From Antedon mediterranea (Eukaryota; Animalia; Echinodermata), in the NCBI RefSeq assembly GCF_964355755.1, contig NC_092680.1:15385045-15449044 (forward strand): a stretch of DNA of 64,000 bases, in the 5' to 3' direction. Below, one piece after another: positions 42,289 through 54,329 of the stretch. The notes under the pieces were generated by a model. It saw only the letters and a program-made list of their open reading frames with translations. It was not told where the DNA came from and made no database searches. Within the stretch, counting starts at the first letter, position 1. Each line of letters starts with the position of its first letter. Made by a program: the position numbers and the translations under genes.

Positions 42289-42519
42289 ATGGCGGAGGAG
42301 GATTGTGCCGTGTGTTATGCCAATCTGAACTCTGGTGTTAGGTGGAGTTGTAGTCAATGCAGACTAATACTCCATTTAAAATGCATTGTGCGATGGTGTA
42401 GTACGTCAGATACATGTCCACAATGTAGGCTTGTAATAGCCAACCCATCGAGTATTGATGAGATACAGTTTGCAGAATCCGATAGAGGTTGGATCCGTAC
42501 TTATGATTTCTACACTTGA
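42289..42519 (+). CDS. Small intronless RING-finger protein (C4HC3 ligand pattern), 76 aa
   Basis: CAVC-x11-CSQC-x4-HLKC...W...CPQCR; ATG in good context (GTGATGGCG). May be a retrocopy, a TE-derived or viral fragment, or an isolated exon. Confidence 0.65.
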   Translation: MAEEDCAVCYANLNSGVRWSCSQCRLILHLKCIVRWCSTSDTCPQCRLVIANPSSIDEIQFAESDRGWIRTYDFYT

Positions 42520-43459
42520 TAAATGGGTAAAACAAATTCACTTGGAATAAGTGAATTTTTTTTAAACAATTATTTATAATTGTTTTTATTATTTTCACTG
42601 TATGTCTTCAATCCTTAAGAATATTATTATACAGTTTTGGTATTATTTTATTATATCATGAGAAAGATATGTGTCAGGATTGATTTAAGTAGCTCACAAG
42701 CGTCGACGGATAACAAGATCTTCACTTACTATATTCAACAATCACCCTTATTGGTGGTAGACAACGTGTTATAACGCATGGCATATAGGCCTATTTGTTT
42801 ATTGATACCATTATTTAATGGTTTGTATACGTCGAGATACCGTTGATATTTCATAATAACGTGTGATTATGACTATGAATGTTAAGAACAGTTAAAGAAG
42901 AAATACACCTAATGTGCTTTGTAATCATCATCACCATGCTTCAACATCAACAATACAAGCATCATCACAATCTTTAATTTAACCGTCATAATCATTCCAG
43001 ATTCCAATTTAAAGAAATAACAATAATATACTGATAAACGCAATAATCTTTATCAAATATTTATTTCTTCATACAAAATCATTACGAATAATGTGAGCGT
43101 TGTTGTGACAGGATTAATTTATCTTAATGTCACAAGAAACTGACAATTTTAACATTCTTTTTACTTTTTTATTTGCCTCTGGGTAACAATGAAATACGTG
43201 GAAAAAAGTAAGTTAACTAGGTTGAAAACGATAGAATCAAAATAATGGTTTTATTAAATAAAAATGTTATGTTGTTTTTTTCTTTATTTATTTAATCACA
43301 CTATTGTTTACAAGACCAGGCTTATGGATGAACAGATATATAAAATAACAATTGAAATATAACACTAAACCTCAACATCTTTTTATCCCGAGTAGAAGGG
43401 GAAAAGGAACATTGGCATGTAGTCCTGGGCCTATTAGTCAAAATCACCAAATTCTCTTA

Positions 43460-44910
43460 GCAAAATAAAGTTATCATAAGCCTACTTTTAGTACAGTATC
43501 TTTTCTTGTAGGCCTACGCGTTTTACTGTACTGGCTATGGCATGTTTAATTTAATTCAACGAACAAACTACGCTGTCTCGTTGTTTTTCTGATTTTTTGA
43601 AAGCCAGATCTCAATGTTTTAATTAAGTTTTATGGTTTTAATTGACCAGTATGCATGCAACATTGGTCAATTCTTCACCATCAAGTCATGTTAGGAATTA
43701 CTATATACTATGTGCTTTCTTTCGAAAGTTTTTAAAAAAACTATTTTAATAAACTCTTAAAATATATTATCCTTTAATCATAATGGCAAAATATCGTATG
43801 CTATTGGTTCCGGACGACTATATGTTTAATACACAGGACAAGTATGTACTTGATAACTTTCGTCACTGGTGACCAATGGCAGACGGTATCTATTAATATG
43901 CTCGATAATAATAACAACTTTATTTAAAAACGGATGCAACACTTGAATCACCATATTGGTGTTTTTCACAAGGCCGTTACTTACTACAAAACTATTTATA
44001 CTATTACACAAGTTATCATTTACAGTACAAAAACAACAACAACAACAACAACAACAACAAAAAAGATTTCATGTAAAAAATATAGAGTTTCAAGTATATT
44101 TTATCTTTGGTCATTTATCATTTTTTTAAATATATGTATATTAGGAGCTGTAATTGCATTTGAGTTTATAGCATTTAAACTATTCCATAGCAACGGTGAA
44201 CCATATATATAGGCCTACATAGTAACGGTTACAGACTCGGGTGCGATATTAAACGATGTAAAACTGTAGGCAAAGTTAAATAATTAATTAAAAATATTAT
44301 TAATATTATTATTATAATGATATGAACATAAGTTGAATAAATAAATTAAGGAATACATCTTTCCTAATAGTAAAAACACCCCAAGAGATCAATTTACGGT
44401 ACACCATGTATTTCTATTATACTATAGACTTATAGAAGGAAGTAGCTAAAGTTATTTTAGCAAACCTTACATTTACGTATTATAATTGTCATCATTTGTA
44501 CTTTAACCTATGAGTATATACATTACAGACTAATGTCCTAGTGACAAAAGCATTGCCAGGCCATTGTTTGGTAAGAAAGAAAGCACCGTCACAATCAAAA
44601 GAATTGTGCTGGGCCAGTTATTACACAGCAAAACTGTTTATAAAAGGTTTACAAAAGAATATTTTTAGACATTAAAATAAGTGTTTGGTTTCAGGGCTAC
44701 TAACGTTTGCAAATATTTAGGTTTTCTATTTGCATGCGCATTGTGACGTCAACAGTTGTATCTTATATTGAATTTTGTATGTCTTTTTTTCTGAAATAAC
44801 AAGCTTCTCAATTCAATTCATTCACATTATTTAGCATGGATCTTAAAGAAGAAATTAAATTCTAAACACACGGCACTTACTTAATCTTTTACGGCACGTG
44901 AAAATACTTT
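43460..44910 (-). pseudogene. BRICHOS-family pseudogene (degraded exon 5, intron 4 and intron 1 remnants)
   Basis: GGTTTTAATTGACCAGTATG, CAACATTGGTCAA, TAGAAGGAAGTAGCT, AGTGACAAAAGCA and AGCATGGATCTTA..ACACGGCACTTA match copy B; contains stops and indels. Confidence 0.78.
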
Positions 44911-45892
44911 TTATTTCAATATATTATTCAAACTACATGGATTAGATACTATAATATATTAACATATATAGGCCACAAAAGAGAAAAAAAAATGATTATA
45001 TATATATATGGTCTCAATTATGATCTGTAGGCCTAATATTCAATTTAATAGCAATGATTTATATACCAACTATCTAAGTGACATACATGGCATAACAATT
45101 AAACGTTTAACCATTAAACCTTATTATATGAAGAAAAACAAAATTATGTATAATTATTATACTACAAATTAAACTATTGAGCAAATTTTACATCCAAAAT
45201 GATTTATTACAATAGGTTGCAAATCTAATACATAAAATATGTTTAAATATAATTTGAGGTACTGTGTAGCCAAATTAATTTTTTAACAGATATTATATGA
45301 CGTCATTAGGGTCTAACATACTGATGAGCTTATATATCGCTTGATTTCCTGTTGAAAATTATTTTCTTCATGCATACTTATACAGGATAGATAAGTTATT
45401 GATTTCACCAACTGACCCAAATAATGTTACTGTTTGAAACAGATTTTTCTAAGCATTGACACTGACGGGACAAAACCTTATTTGGTATAACACAACAGAA
45501 CATCTTTCGACTTTTAAAAACTGGCAGCTAGTTTTATTGTACTAATGACTGTAATACTAGTAAAACTTGATAGATCAAGTAAGTCTTAAAACATAACCTT
45601 AAACAATTCTCACTCTTGAGGACGATCAAAGTATATTGATCAAAACGTCGAGAAACTTAACAGTTCTTTCCAGAACTGATGTACGTGGTGTACCGCAAAC
45701 TTTATTTCAACCTTCAAACAATATATAATGCCAATCACTTTAGAATCAGAGTTGTAACATGTTTCATTCTTCCAAGTCAGTGTGTACCGAAAGGCTTGTT
45801 CACATAAAAAAATAATACATTAAATGTTGATATTTTGAAGATTCGCAATCATTTCCTCTGTGGGTCAGGTGACAAACATCATTGGTTAAAAG

Positions 45893-46318
45893 TTATTTTC
45901 TTTTCGCTGCTGCTTCGGCCTCTTTTACACAATCGTGTATTTCCAATATAAGGGCGTACGTATTTGTTACAACGTCAAACCAACCGTCTGTTTTCTTGTG
46001 TGGATTTTTATTGCATCCATGACAAAGTGAAATGATATAGTAATACGTTGGTGATTTTCTTCCAATATAAACATGGGTTCCATCTTCGGCCTTTTTACGA
46101 CAGTACATCTTGACGCATTTTTCTGGAAATGTTACATTTTTTCGTCGTGGAAATTCTTTTTTAACCGCTTTGATCCATTCTTGTTTCCAAGTAGGCCTAC
46201 TCCATTGCTGTACATGACAACTGGTAAATTGTGCGTTTTTTATTTTTTCACCATCAGTTATTATTCGTATGCCATTTACAGATTGGCTAATATTAGCCCC
46301 ACCAGTAGCCATACTCAT
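45893..46318 (-). CDS. Intronless HNH/His-Me-finger-like zinc protein, paralogue 1 (141 aa)
   Basis: TWKQEW...CVKMYC..AEDGTHVY...YYIISLCHGCN...WF; clearly homologous to 48104-48448. Confidence 0.75.
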   Translation of the reverse strand: MSMATGGANISQSVNGIRIITDGEKIKNAQFTSCHVQQWSRPTWKQEWIKAVKKEFPRRKNVTFPEKCVKMYCRKKAEDGTHVYIGRKSPTYYYIISLCHGCNKNPHKKTDGWFDVVTNTYALILEIHDCVKEAEAAAKRK

Positions 46319-48103
46319 TAGTTAGTAGTACACTATTAGAAGATGTAGCAAATGTTCAAACCAACTCACACATCCAAATGGCAAGCAGTACGTTTGTAAT
46401 TAGAATCATCGTCGCGCACAGTTTTTGTATTGTATTGGTTTATACACAACACCATATAAGTACAGTAATACATCGGTTAACATTTATTATATATTTAATA
46501 CCAGCCACTGCCGTGGTACCTTACTCTCAATAACAAAATACCTTAGTAATTATTGCTTATTTATGTATTATATATTTATGCTACTACTGTGATCTACACA
46601 CCTTAAATAATTTAATTCTTAATTGTTATTTGGCTATTTCGGGGGCTACTCTTGTCATACTAGTTCGCTGTGTTACGGATATTTTATGAGACCTGAGTAG
46701 GACCCAGGTGAATTCCACTGAGTGTCGGTAAATTATTAGTACCGAGTAGGCCTACGTGGAATATAATATTTTATTGGGGGCGAGATAATTGTCAAGAATT
46801 ATACCAGCCCAATTGAACGACTAGCTAAGTAGCACCATAATAGTAAGATGGGATGATGATGGGGATGGTTGGGTGGGAAAATAAAATCTGACTGATGCTA
46901 GCGAGTTGCTGTAACATCAATGATACATGTCCAGTTTGTTATACTATGTATAGTGAATCTGATCTATTTGATAGGGACACCTGTTTTTATAAATATGTCG
47001 CCTAGTCTTTTAAGTTTAATTTATTAGTACGGTACCTTGTGTAAAATACCAATTCTCCTTAAAAAGTAGACTTAAAGGAGGCAGTACCAAACCCATCCAT
47101 CAACTGTCACTTGTTGAGGTCACTATAGTATAATTATCTATTGATATTCAATGTCCTTGTAGTGGAGTCCGGGTTACTCCAGATGGTATTGTGTATAAAC
47201 TATAATTTAGTTTCCCAAATTTGCTTTTTAGCAAAGCAAATAAGGGTGTTCGATTCCCACTTGTTCTTACGACATTTTGCGTCAATACCGTCATTGCGTC
47301 ATAGTGTGAACTATGCTTTACTGGTTTGTAATTGCTAAAACAACGTTCACCTTCACCTCCACACGCCGTCTCAAATAATCCACCACCAGATAAGTAAACA
47401 AATATATATCTTACCGTGTGTTCATGAAAAAGAAACTAAGAACAGAAATTCAAGAGACTGTATTCTACCTTTACCATTTTATTTCATTCAGCACAAAAAG
47501 CATAAAATAAGAAAGCAATGTGATTAAACAATAAACATTATTGACAAATGTTAAAGGAATAATATAATCACAATATATTAGGCGGCCAGTAATTATATGA
47601 AAACTATTGTCGGGACTCAAAAGAGTCGCCTGTCAGTGCTATCCCGATCGATGTCTCGACGAGAACCGGTGATTCAACGCCGTATGGCCGTAAGTAATTA
47701 ATTATAAGTTCATAAAGGCTGATTACTGTTTTTAAAATCTGGATGAGGTGAGTTTAAATGATATTTTGAGTGGTGCTTGTAACTTTCTTACACTCGTTTC
47801 AAGATAGTAATTCAGTTTTAAGTTCGTGTTTGATATTTACCGTTCACTTGCATCTCAGGGTGAGGCGTCTCTGGCCGTGTTGAAATGTTAACAGTAAATT
47901 ACTGACTAAACGAAATTGTATGAATGCAATCTAACATTGCAGATAAGTTGAACTGAGACTGAAGTGCATTTGAGCATCGTCAATTGTTAAATTGTGAATT
48001 AAAGGCTTCCTGGATTTAGGCAGTTTTTTACTGCAATTCTACTTTGAGGCTTTTTAACATTATTTTTCTTTGCCTCCTGGTGTTCTTCTTTTTACTTTGC
48101 TTC

Positions 48104-48448
48104 CTACTTCTTTGCTTCTTTCTCCTTCTTCTCTACACATGGATTTTTTGGCACTCTAACAGCTTTTGTCCCGTTGACAACTGGAAACCATTCTTCACGG
48201 CTAACATTGCATTCGTGACAAAGCGGTATGATGAAGTAAGTGCTTTCACCATAACCTTTAACGTAAACGTGAGCTCCATCAGTGGCGGGTTTTGTGCAAC
48301 CAGACCTAGCGCAGTGGTTGGGAAAATCTTCTTTAGTGTATTTGCACCATGTGGCTTTCCAAGTACCTTTAGATGATTCATCACACGAGGAAAATTGTAC
48401 GTTCCTCACTTCTTTATCATTAAGTATTTTTACTTCAAAATCGGCCAT
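48104..48448 (-). CDS. Intronless HNH/His-Me-finger-like zinc protein, paralogue 2 (114 aa)
   Basis: TWKATW...CARSGC..ATDGAHVY...YFIIPLCHECN...WF. Protein motifs are conserved with paralogue 1 despite DNA divergence. Confidence 0.78.
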   Translation of the reverse strand: MADFEVKILNDKEVRNVQFSSCDESSKGTWKATWCKYTKEDFPNHCARSGCTKPATDGAHVYVKGYGESTYFIIPLCHECNVSREEWFPVVNGTKAVRVPKNPCVEKKEKEAKK

Positions 48449-50269
48449 ATTTAGTTACAACAGATTACCAGTTAGGTTTAGCAAGTGGTAGTTAAGTGTT
48501 CAGTAAAGCAACACACAAATCCAAATGGTATATAAGCAGTCTGCAGTTGGAATTTTACTCAATCACGCGTAAAATGTAAATATTCATGTATTTAGTAACA
48601 TCCTAACAACACAATACTGCTTTTTGATTGGTTTACAGTAATAAACAAAATGATGTACACAGTACAATTGCTTCCGTGGTGATAATGCATTGTACATTAT
48701 GCATTGTAGTAATTGAATGTTGGGTTTTTCCAACTTCTTAAACAAAGGATGTATCGAGTAGTCTACTCTAAATTGACGTAATGCATTTAAATTCACATTA
48801 CATCATGACATAGTAAACTGTTGTATGTCCTACATTTCATTTTTATAACATTGAGTCAGGATTCATTTTGGCTATTGTCACGAAGGATGTTAACAAAGGA
48901 ATACTCTAATCATCTAAGCAGCACGTTTGAAGTTGCAATATATATATATACCAATACCTTCACGAACAAAATTAGGCCTCATGTGTGAAGGTATTGTTTT
49001 TTCCTTCTAGATTTCAATAGAAATACAATCAATATTCACATTTAAAAACATTACAATCAATTATACTTCTTCTTGATTGAATACAATAAGTACAATTGGG
49101 TACTGTATGGTGATGATACATAACACCTACTACTGATATAACTGACACCATTTTTAGAAAAAATGATTTTTTATCTAAATTTCAATATGAGTACAATCAA
49201 TATGCTTTTCATCATATCCAACAAAATAATTCTAAAAAATAATAATTATAATATTCTTGATTGGTTGACAATAATAATAATGTGTACCGTATGGTATGGA
49301 GATGACACTTTCATTTGAAGATTTTCCGAATAATGGTTTTCAATAGGTATGAGATATGATAGTTGATTTTTCCCAACTTTTCCAACAGATTGTTGTCCTG
49401 TTTTTATTCCCATGGCTTACCAGATGCCTAGCCTATATGCCACGTGGAATAATCTATAGTATTTTGATCAAATCACACATCTGTGTTAAGAAATGTGACA
49501 TTCTCCTTTAACTGTTAATGTCTGTTATGAATACTAGGACTCGAAATCATTATCGATCTGACTAACCCAACAACGTTTACAATTACCTCTTAAACATGAG
49601 CGTTCTATTGAAAACAGTACATTTATACATAACATTCTGCTAACGTTAAAACATCGCACACGAGGAAATGTAATTAGCTCAAAAGATTTAAAAGAATAGA
49701 ATACATACAACATAGTGTATAATAAAATATCAGACAGATCAATAATTGTAAGCTCAGAGAGAATATAATTTTATCAGGTAGACCGATACAAAGGCCATGA
49801 TAGAAAACATACCAAAGGGTGGAAAAGAATAGTAGACTGGACTCAACCAAGCTGCACTTCGTGTTGGTACTTTCACATACGGTATACAAAAACCGCTGCC
49901 GCCAAATGTTATTGTGTTTACCAAGCGTTCGATTTTACGAACGTAGCGTTTATCAAAAAGAAACCAAGAACAGATATTCAAAAGACTGTATCTATACCTT
50001 CACAACTTTATTTTATTCTACATAAAAAGCAAAAATGAGAATTAATACAAATTGACATAAATTTAATAATGCTAATACAAAATATGAAGAGGTCATACCT
50101 GGGAAATTTGAATATTAAGTTTAGAGCTTAATAGAAAGTATAGGCCCCTAGCCACAATTACAAAACGCATAATATTGTAAAAAATTCTTTAAAAGATCAT
50201 CTGAAGAAGATATCTGTATTATAAAATACTAAAAATTAATATTAGTTATTATATATAACAATAACAATA

Positions 50270-50830
50270 ATATTAATAATAATAATAATAATAATAATAA
50301 ACAATATTTATATAGCGCCTAATGGATCATTGACCCCTCTAGGTGCTTTACATTAGACCCTAACTAATGGTAATAAACTATCCCCCGCCGGACACCATTC
50401 CGGTATTTCTTAGTCGAGGTTTCGGGGATGGAAACGATCAATAATGTGAAAGAATGTAACTATGCTTAACTAAGGTAAAACAATCCCTCGCAAGACAACA
50501 TCCCGGTATTTCTGAGTCAAGGTTTCGGGGCCAGAATAAAGAATAGAGAGTAAATGAAGCATGCACTAACTTAAACTAGGGTTAAACTATCCCCTGCCGG
50601 ACACCATCCTGGTATTTCTGAGTCAAGGTTTCGGGGAAGGAATGAATAAATGAATGAATAAGTTAATTAATACCAGATGAGAACAGATGGGTTTATCAGT
50701 CGTGATTTAAAAATACTGACTGAAGGAGCAAGTTTCACAATGTGTGGAAGTTTGTTCCATAATGAAGGTGCTATTGCTGCAAAAGACCTTCTACCATAAG
50801 CAGTGAATGATTTTGGAAATGCAATTAAAT
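50270..50830 (-). mobile_element. L2-like LINE 3' fragment with a repeated 3' UTR unit and a (TAT)n tail
   Basis: YGRRSFAAIAPSLWNKLP..SVSIFKSRL; terminal TAAAGCACCTAGAG..GGCGCTATATAAAT..(TAT)n. Confidence 0.8.
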
Positions 50831-51075
50831 ATGTCCCTTTAAGAAGCAAAACAAACATTTTCAATTTTTTTTTATCTGTATCTTGCCTAATACCTCTAGA
50901 CCACCGAACTTGCTCTACAATTAGATTCGAGCCCAATTATGAGTGCCAGGCTAGTGAGTCCCACCCGAGAATTATTTGCGATTTTTTCTCGAGTATTCTC
51001 AATGTACTTAGCATAAAGTACTAATTACGTCCGAGTAGAGCAGGGCTTAGTACTTCTAACCACTAAAATGATAAA

Positions 51076-52023
51076 TTAGTCATTAACAGAAATTTTGAAA
51101 CGGTAATTCTTCATACATTCTTGTGACTTGAAGATTTTCGGACTTTTTTTATACTTGTCATAAGTCAATATGTTAATTGTAGTGTTATTTGCTACAGCAA
51201 CCATACATGGGTTAATAATACATAACTGATTTGGCACAGTAATTCTATCTTCTTTATTATCAAATCGGTTGATAAAATGTCCATCACTTTTGAATAATTG
51301 TAGTTTGTGGTTACTTGCTATGATAATGTTATCATCTTCATCAACTGCAATTGCATGTGGCCACCTCACCATACCATCTTCATGCCCGTTTTCAACGAGT
51401 GCTTTCAGTTCTTTGTTCGTTTTATCATACATTAATACTTGGTGGTTTCCTTCATCTGTCACAAGTACTTTCCCAGTTTTCGTAAGTGAAACATCCGAGT
51501 ATCCAGAATAATGGGAACATTTCGTCTGTGTTCCTATTATCTCAAGGTGCGCACCACTATCAATATCAAACATATACACACATGACATGCTCAACTCTGC
51601 TACATATATAACATTAGCAGATTCGTCTAAGTGAATACCACATGGTTTTGTTAAAACACCTCTGCCAATTGATTTGATCACATAACCATTCATATTACAT
51701 ACTTGAATACATGCATTTCCACAATCACTGAGTGCTATGTTGCCATTTTTCATTGTATACATCCTGTTTACTTCCATACCTTTTGATAGTGCAATTTTGC
51801 CAATACATTTTCCTGAATATTTGTACTTGTAAATTTCATGTGTTTTGAATGATACCAGCAAGCAATCATCATTATACTTAACTATACCAGTAGGAATGCT
51901 CCTTAGTTTGATAGTAAGAGGTTTGAATGTAATATTTGCAACTCCTCTACGAATACCTCCTTCTTTTCCAATGTTCAGTTTCTCATCTATGTCTCCAAGA
52001 AGATATAAATTGTGGCTATCCAT
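51076..52023 (-). CDS. NHL-repeat beta-propeller protein (TRIM2/3/56/71-like C-terminal domain) with no visible N-terminal RBCC, about 315 aa
   Basis: Repeats PTGIV, PCGIHLD, PHAIAVDEDDNIII, VLVTDEGNHQVLMYD, PNQLCI. The single long exon is preceded by the acceptor TTACAG at about 52028-52033. Confidence 0.8.
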   Translation of the reverse strand: MDSHNLYLLGDIDEKLNIGKEGGIRRGVANITFKPLTIKLRSIPTGIVKYNDDCLLVSFKTHEIYKYKYSGKCIGKIALSKGMEVNRMYTMKNGNIALSDCGNACIQVCNMNGYVIKSIGRGVLTKPCGIHLDESANVIYVAELSMSCVYMFDIDSGAHLEIIGTQTKCSHYSGYSDVSLTKTGKVLVTDEGNHQVLMYDKTNKELKALVENGHEDGMVRWPHAIAVDEDDNIIIASNHKLQLFKSDGHFINRFDNKEDRITVPNQLCIINPCMVAVANNTTINILTYDKYKKSPKIFKSQECMKNYRFKISVND

Positions 52024-52874
52024 AATCCTGTAATAGTAACACATTATGTTACACAGCAGAAAAGTATTTGAATATTCATTTGTGATACAGTAGTAGGTTT
52101 TAAGCCATACCGAAAGCAGAAATACTAACTGAAATGAACGTTTCATATTGTTGATATTCATTTCAAATTGGAAAATCATCAATAAATAATAATATTGTTG
52201 ATAAATAAATTTAGTTTTAACTATTACATTGGAATAGAATCCACTTTAAATAAGCTACACTGTCAGATACTAATACTCAACCATAAGTTACCTTGATTTG
52301 TTGTACCAATTGGAGATTTAATAATACATGCTGATCAATTGTTGTAACAACGCAAACAGTAAGGGAGTTTTCAAATTGTCTGTGGTATTTACCAATGGAC
52401 TCACGGAATGTAGACAGCACTCTAAATGAATTGTATTAAAATGCAAAACAGCCTTCAAGGAAGATCACCTGATTCCGCAGCTATCACCAGATATATTCTA
52501 ACAGACTATTGCAAGGAAGTCACGAGTTTAACAAATAACTTTATGTAATATCTGCCAGTAGATAATGGTATAACGTTAATATGTGTATTTAAATGCACCA
52601 GGAAAAAGACAAGCAGGTTTATCGTTTGTTTTACTGTATAGACTAGTCTATAGGTTCTACACTTAAATCGACATAATATCAGAAAAAAGATAGATATATG
52701 CATACATTGTTTACAGATGATTTATAGATAATATTGTCAAGTCTTGTTAAGTGTTAAGAAGGTTATGCACATTAAAACTTTAATTGTTTGTCTTCTAATT
52801 TTTGTAATTTCAAAGTTTATTTATTGTAATTGTGATTATCTTATACTGTCATTATTGTCAACACTATTTTCTTA

Positions 52875-53395
52875 TTTTTAATTTACTGGCATTACATAAT
52901 TTCCAATGAAACGTGGACTGTAGAGTGCCCTCATAAATGATTTTTCTTTATTAGATTATGAACTATGATTATGACGAGGTCTTCGTGTACTCTGGCGTAC
53001 CAGAAATCTTCTGTTTGGTGGTCGATTAAATGTCACTAATAGATTAATTAAGCACCTGTGCGATTCCTCAATACGTGATATTGATATTGTCTTTGATCGA
53101 CTGTAATATTGTTAAATCTAAAAAACGTTTAAAGCTATTTTGTCATATTTATATATTTATATTGTTTATCAGAACTTAAATTGATTTGAGAAAAAACCCC
53201 AAATATTCTATAAGTCTTGGTTTTCGCGGATTTGCAAAGACAAGTCAAATCCCAATGTTACAATTACGTTCCATTGTTTTAATTGACCAGTTATGTGACG
53301 AACGATTTCTTCACTAGCAAGTTATGTTATGTATTCTGGCGATATTATGTGTTTTCTTTCGACATTAAACGATGGAAAGATACCGTTGAACACAG
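52875..53395 (-). pseudogene. BRICHOS-family terminal exon relic, split by an insertion
   Basis: TTCGACATTAAACGATGGAAAG, GATTTCTTCACTAGCAAG and GTTTTAATTGACCAGT at 53270-53390; TTTAATTTACTGGCAT..TTCCAAT (peptide end, reads GTLQSTFHWKLC) at 52877-52930. Confidence 0.75.
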
Positions 53396-54329
53396 AAAAT
53401 TTCAAAAACATTAATAAATAAAGAAAATTGTTTAATGATCAAGAAAAATACAAAGATAAGGTTTGCGGTAGACCGTGGATTATAGACTATAAATGAAAGG
53501 CCTAGGCCTAATGCTAAGCTTACATTTTAAGGGTAATGTGTACTGTATTTTCTTCAAGATTAAAATCGTAGAGGCCGCGCTACTACAAATTACAATATTA
53601 GTAATAAAACTGTATGACAGGCCTACTTTAGTATTTCAAATAACCTAGCCTAAGATTTGATGATCCGATGATCTGAGTTTTCTATTTCCATTCTAGATCA
53701 TATCTAGATCTAGAAAACTGAGATATATCTGAGATCTAAATTTTCTAGACACCTAGAAAGAATTAATCCTAACATGTTTAGATGTGGCAATGTAATTGAA
53801 TGTGGCAATGTAATTGAAATGATATTGGAGACAAATATCATTATTCGTCTGCCATACAGTACTCACTGCTATGCCTAAACCATAATATATTCTATCCGTC
53901 CCCATTACATCGAATTAAAATACACCAATTATTAAATACGGGATCAACTAAAATATTGTCGAATGTTGCTAATGTATTCATACAATATTGTATTTTGTTT
54001 GTTGAAGCTAACTGATAATTTAAATATGAATTATAGATTTTTGTTATTTCTTTAAGATACGTTAGCTATACGAACTATAATTTATGTCTGGAAGTTGATA
54101 TGTCTTGTTTCTTTCTTTGTTCTTTCAAACCCTTAAAATTGTCGTTATAGAATCTTTAAAAATGTCATAATAAATATCAGCCAATCTTTGAACTACCGAA
54201 ATATTCTCTACCATCAACCTCAACGCATAAACATCCATTATTACTGGTTACTCATTTGAGTCTTCTTCAGTACAAGAAAATGGTTGAAGAGCCAATTTAA
54301 ACACAAATTAGGGAACTTAAACTAATATT

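Noticed and set aside
48044-48491. Plus-strand and alternate-frame ORFs overlapping HNH-like paralogue 2
   Set aside because: Shadow frames; only the 48104-48448 frame is conserved with the paralogue.
50375-50640. Repeat-spacer-repeat pattern resembling CRISPR
   Set aside because: Only three degenerate units inside a eukaryotic LINE 3' UTR, with no cas genes.
52024-52182. Signal-peptide-like N-terminal extension of the NHL ORF
   Set aside because: It lies upstream of a good splice acceptor and has intron-like composition; probably an incidental open frame.
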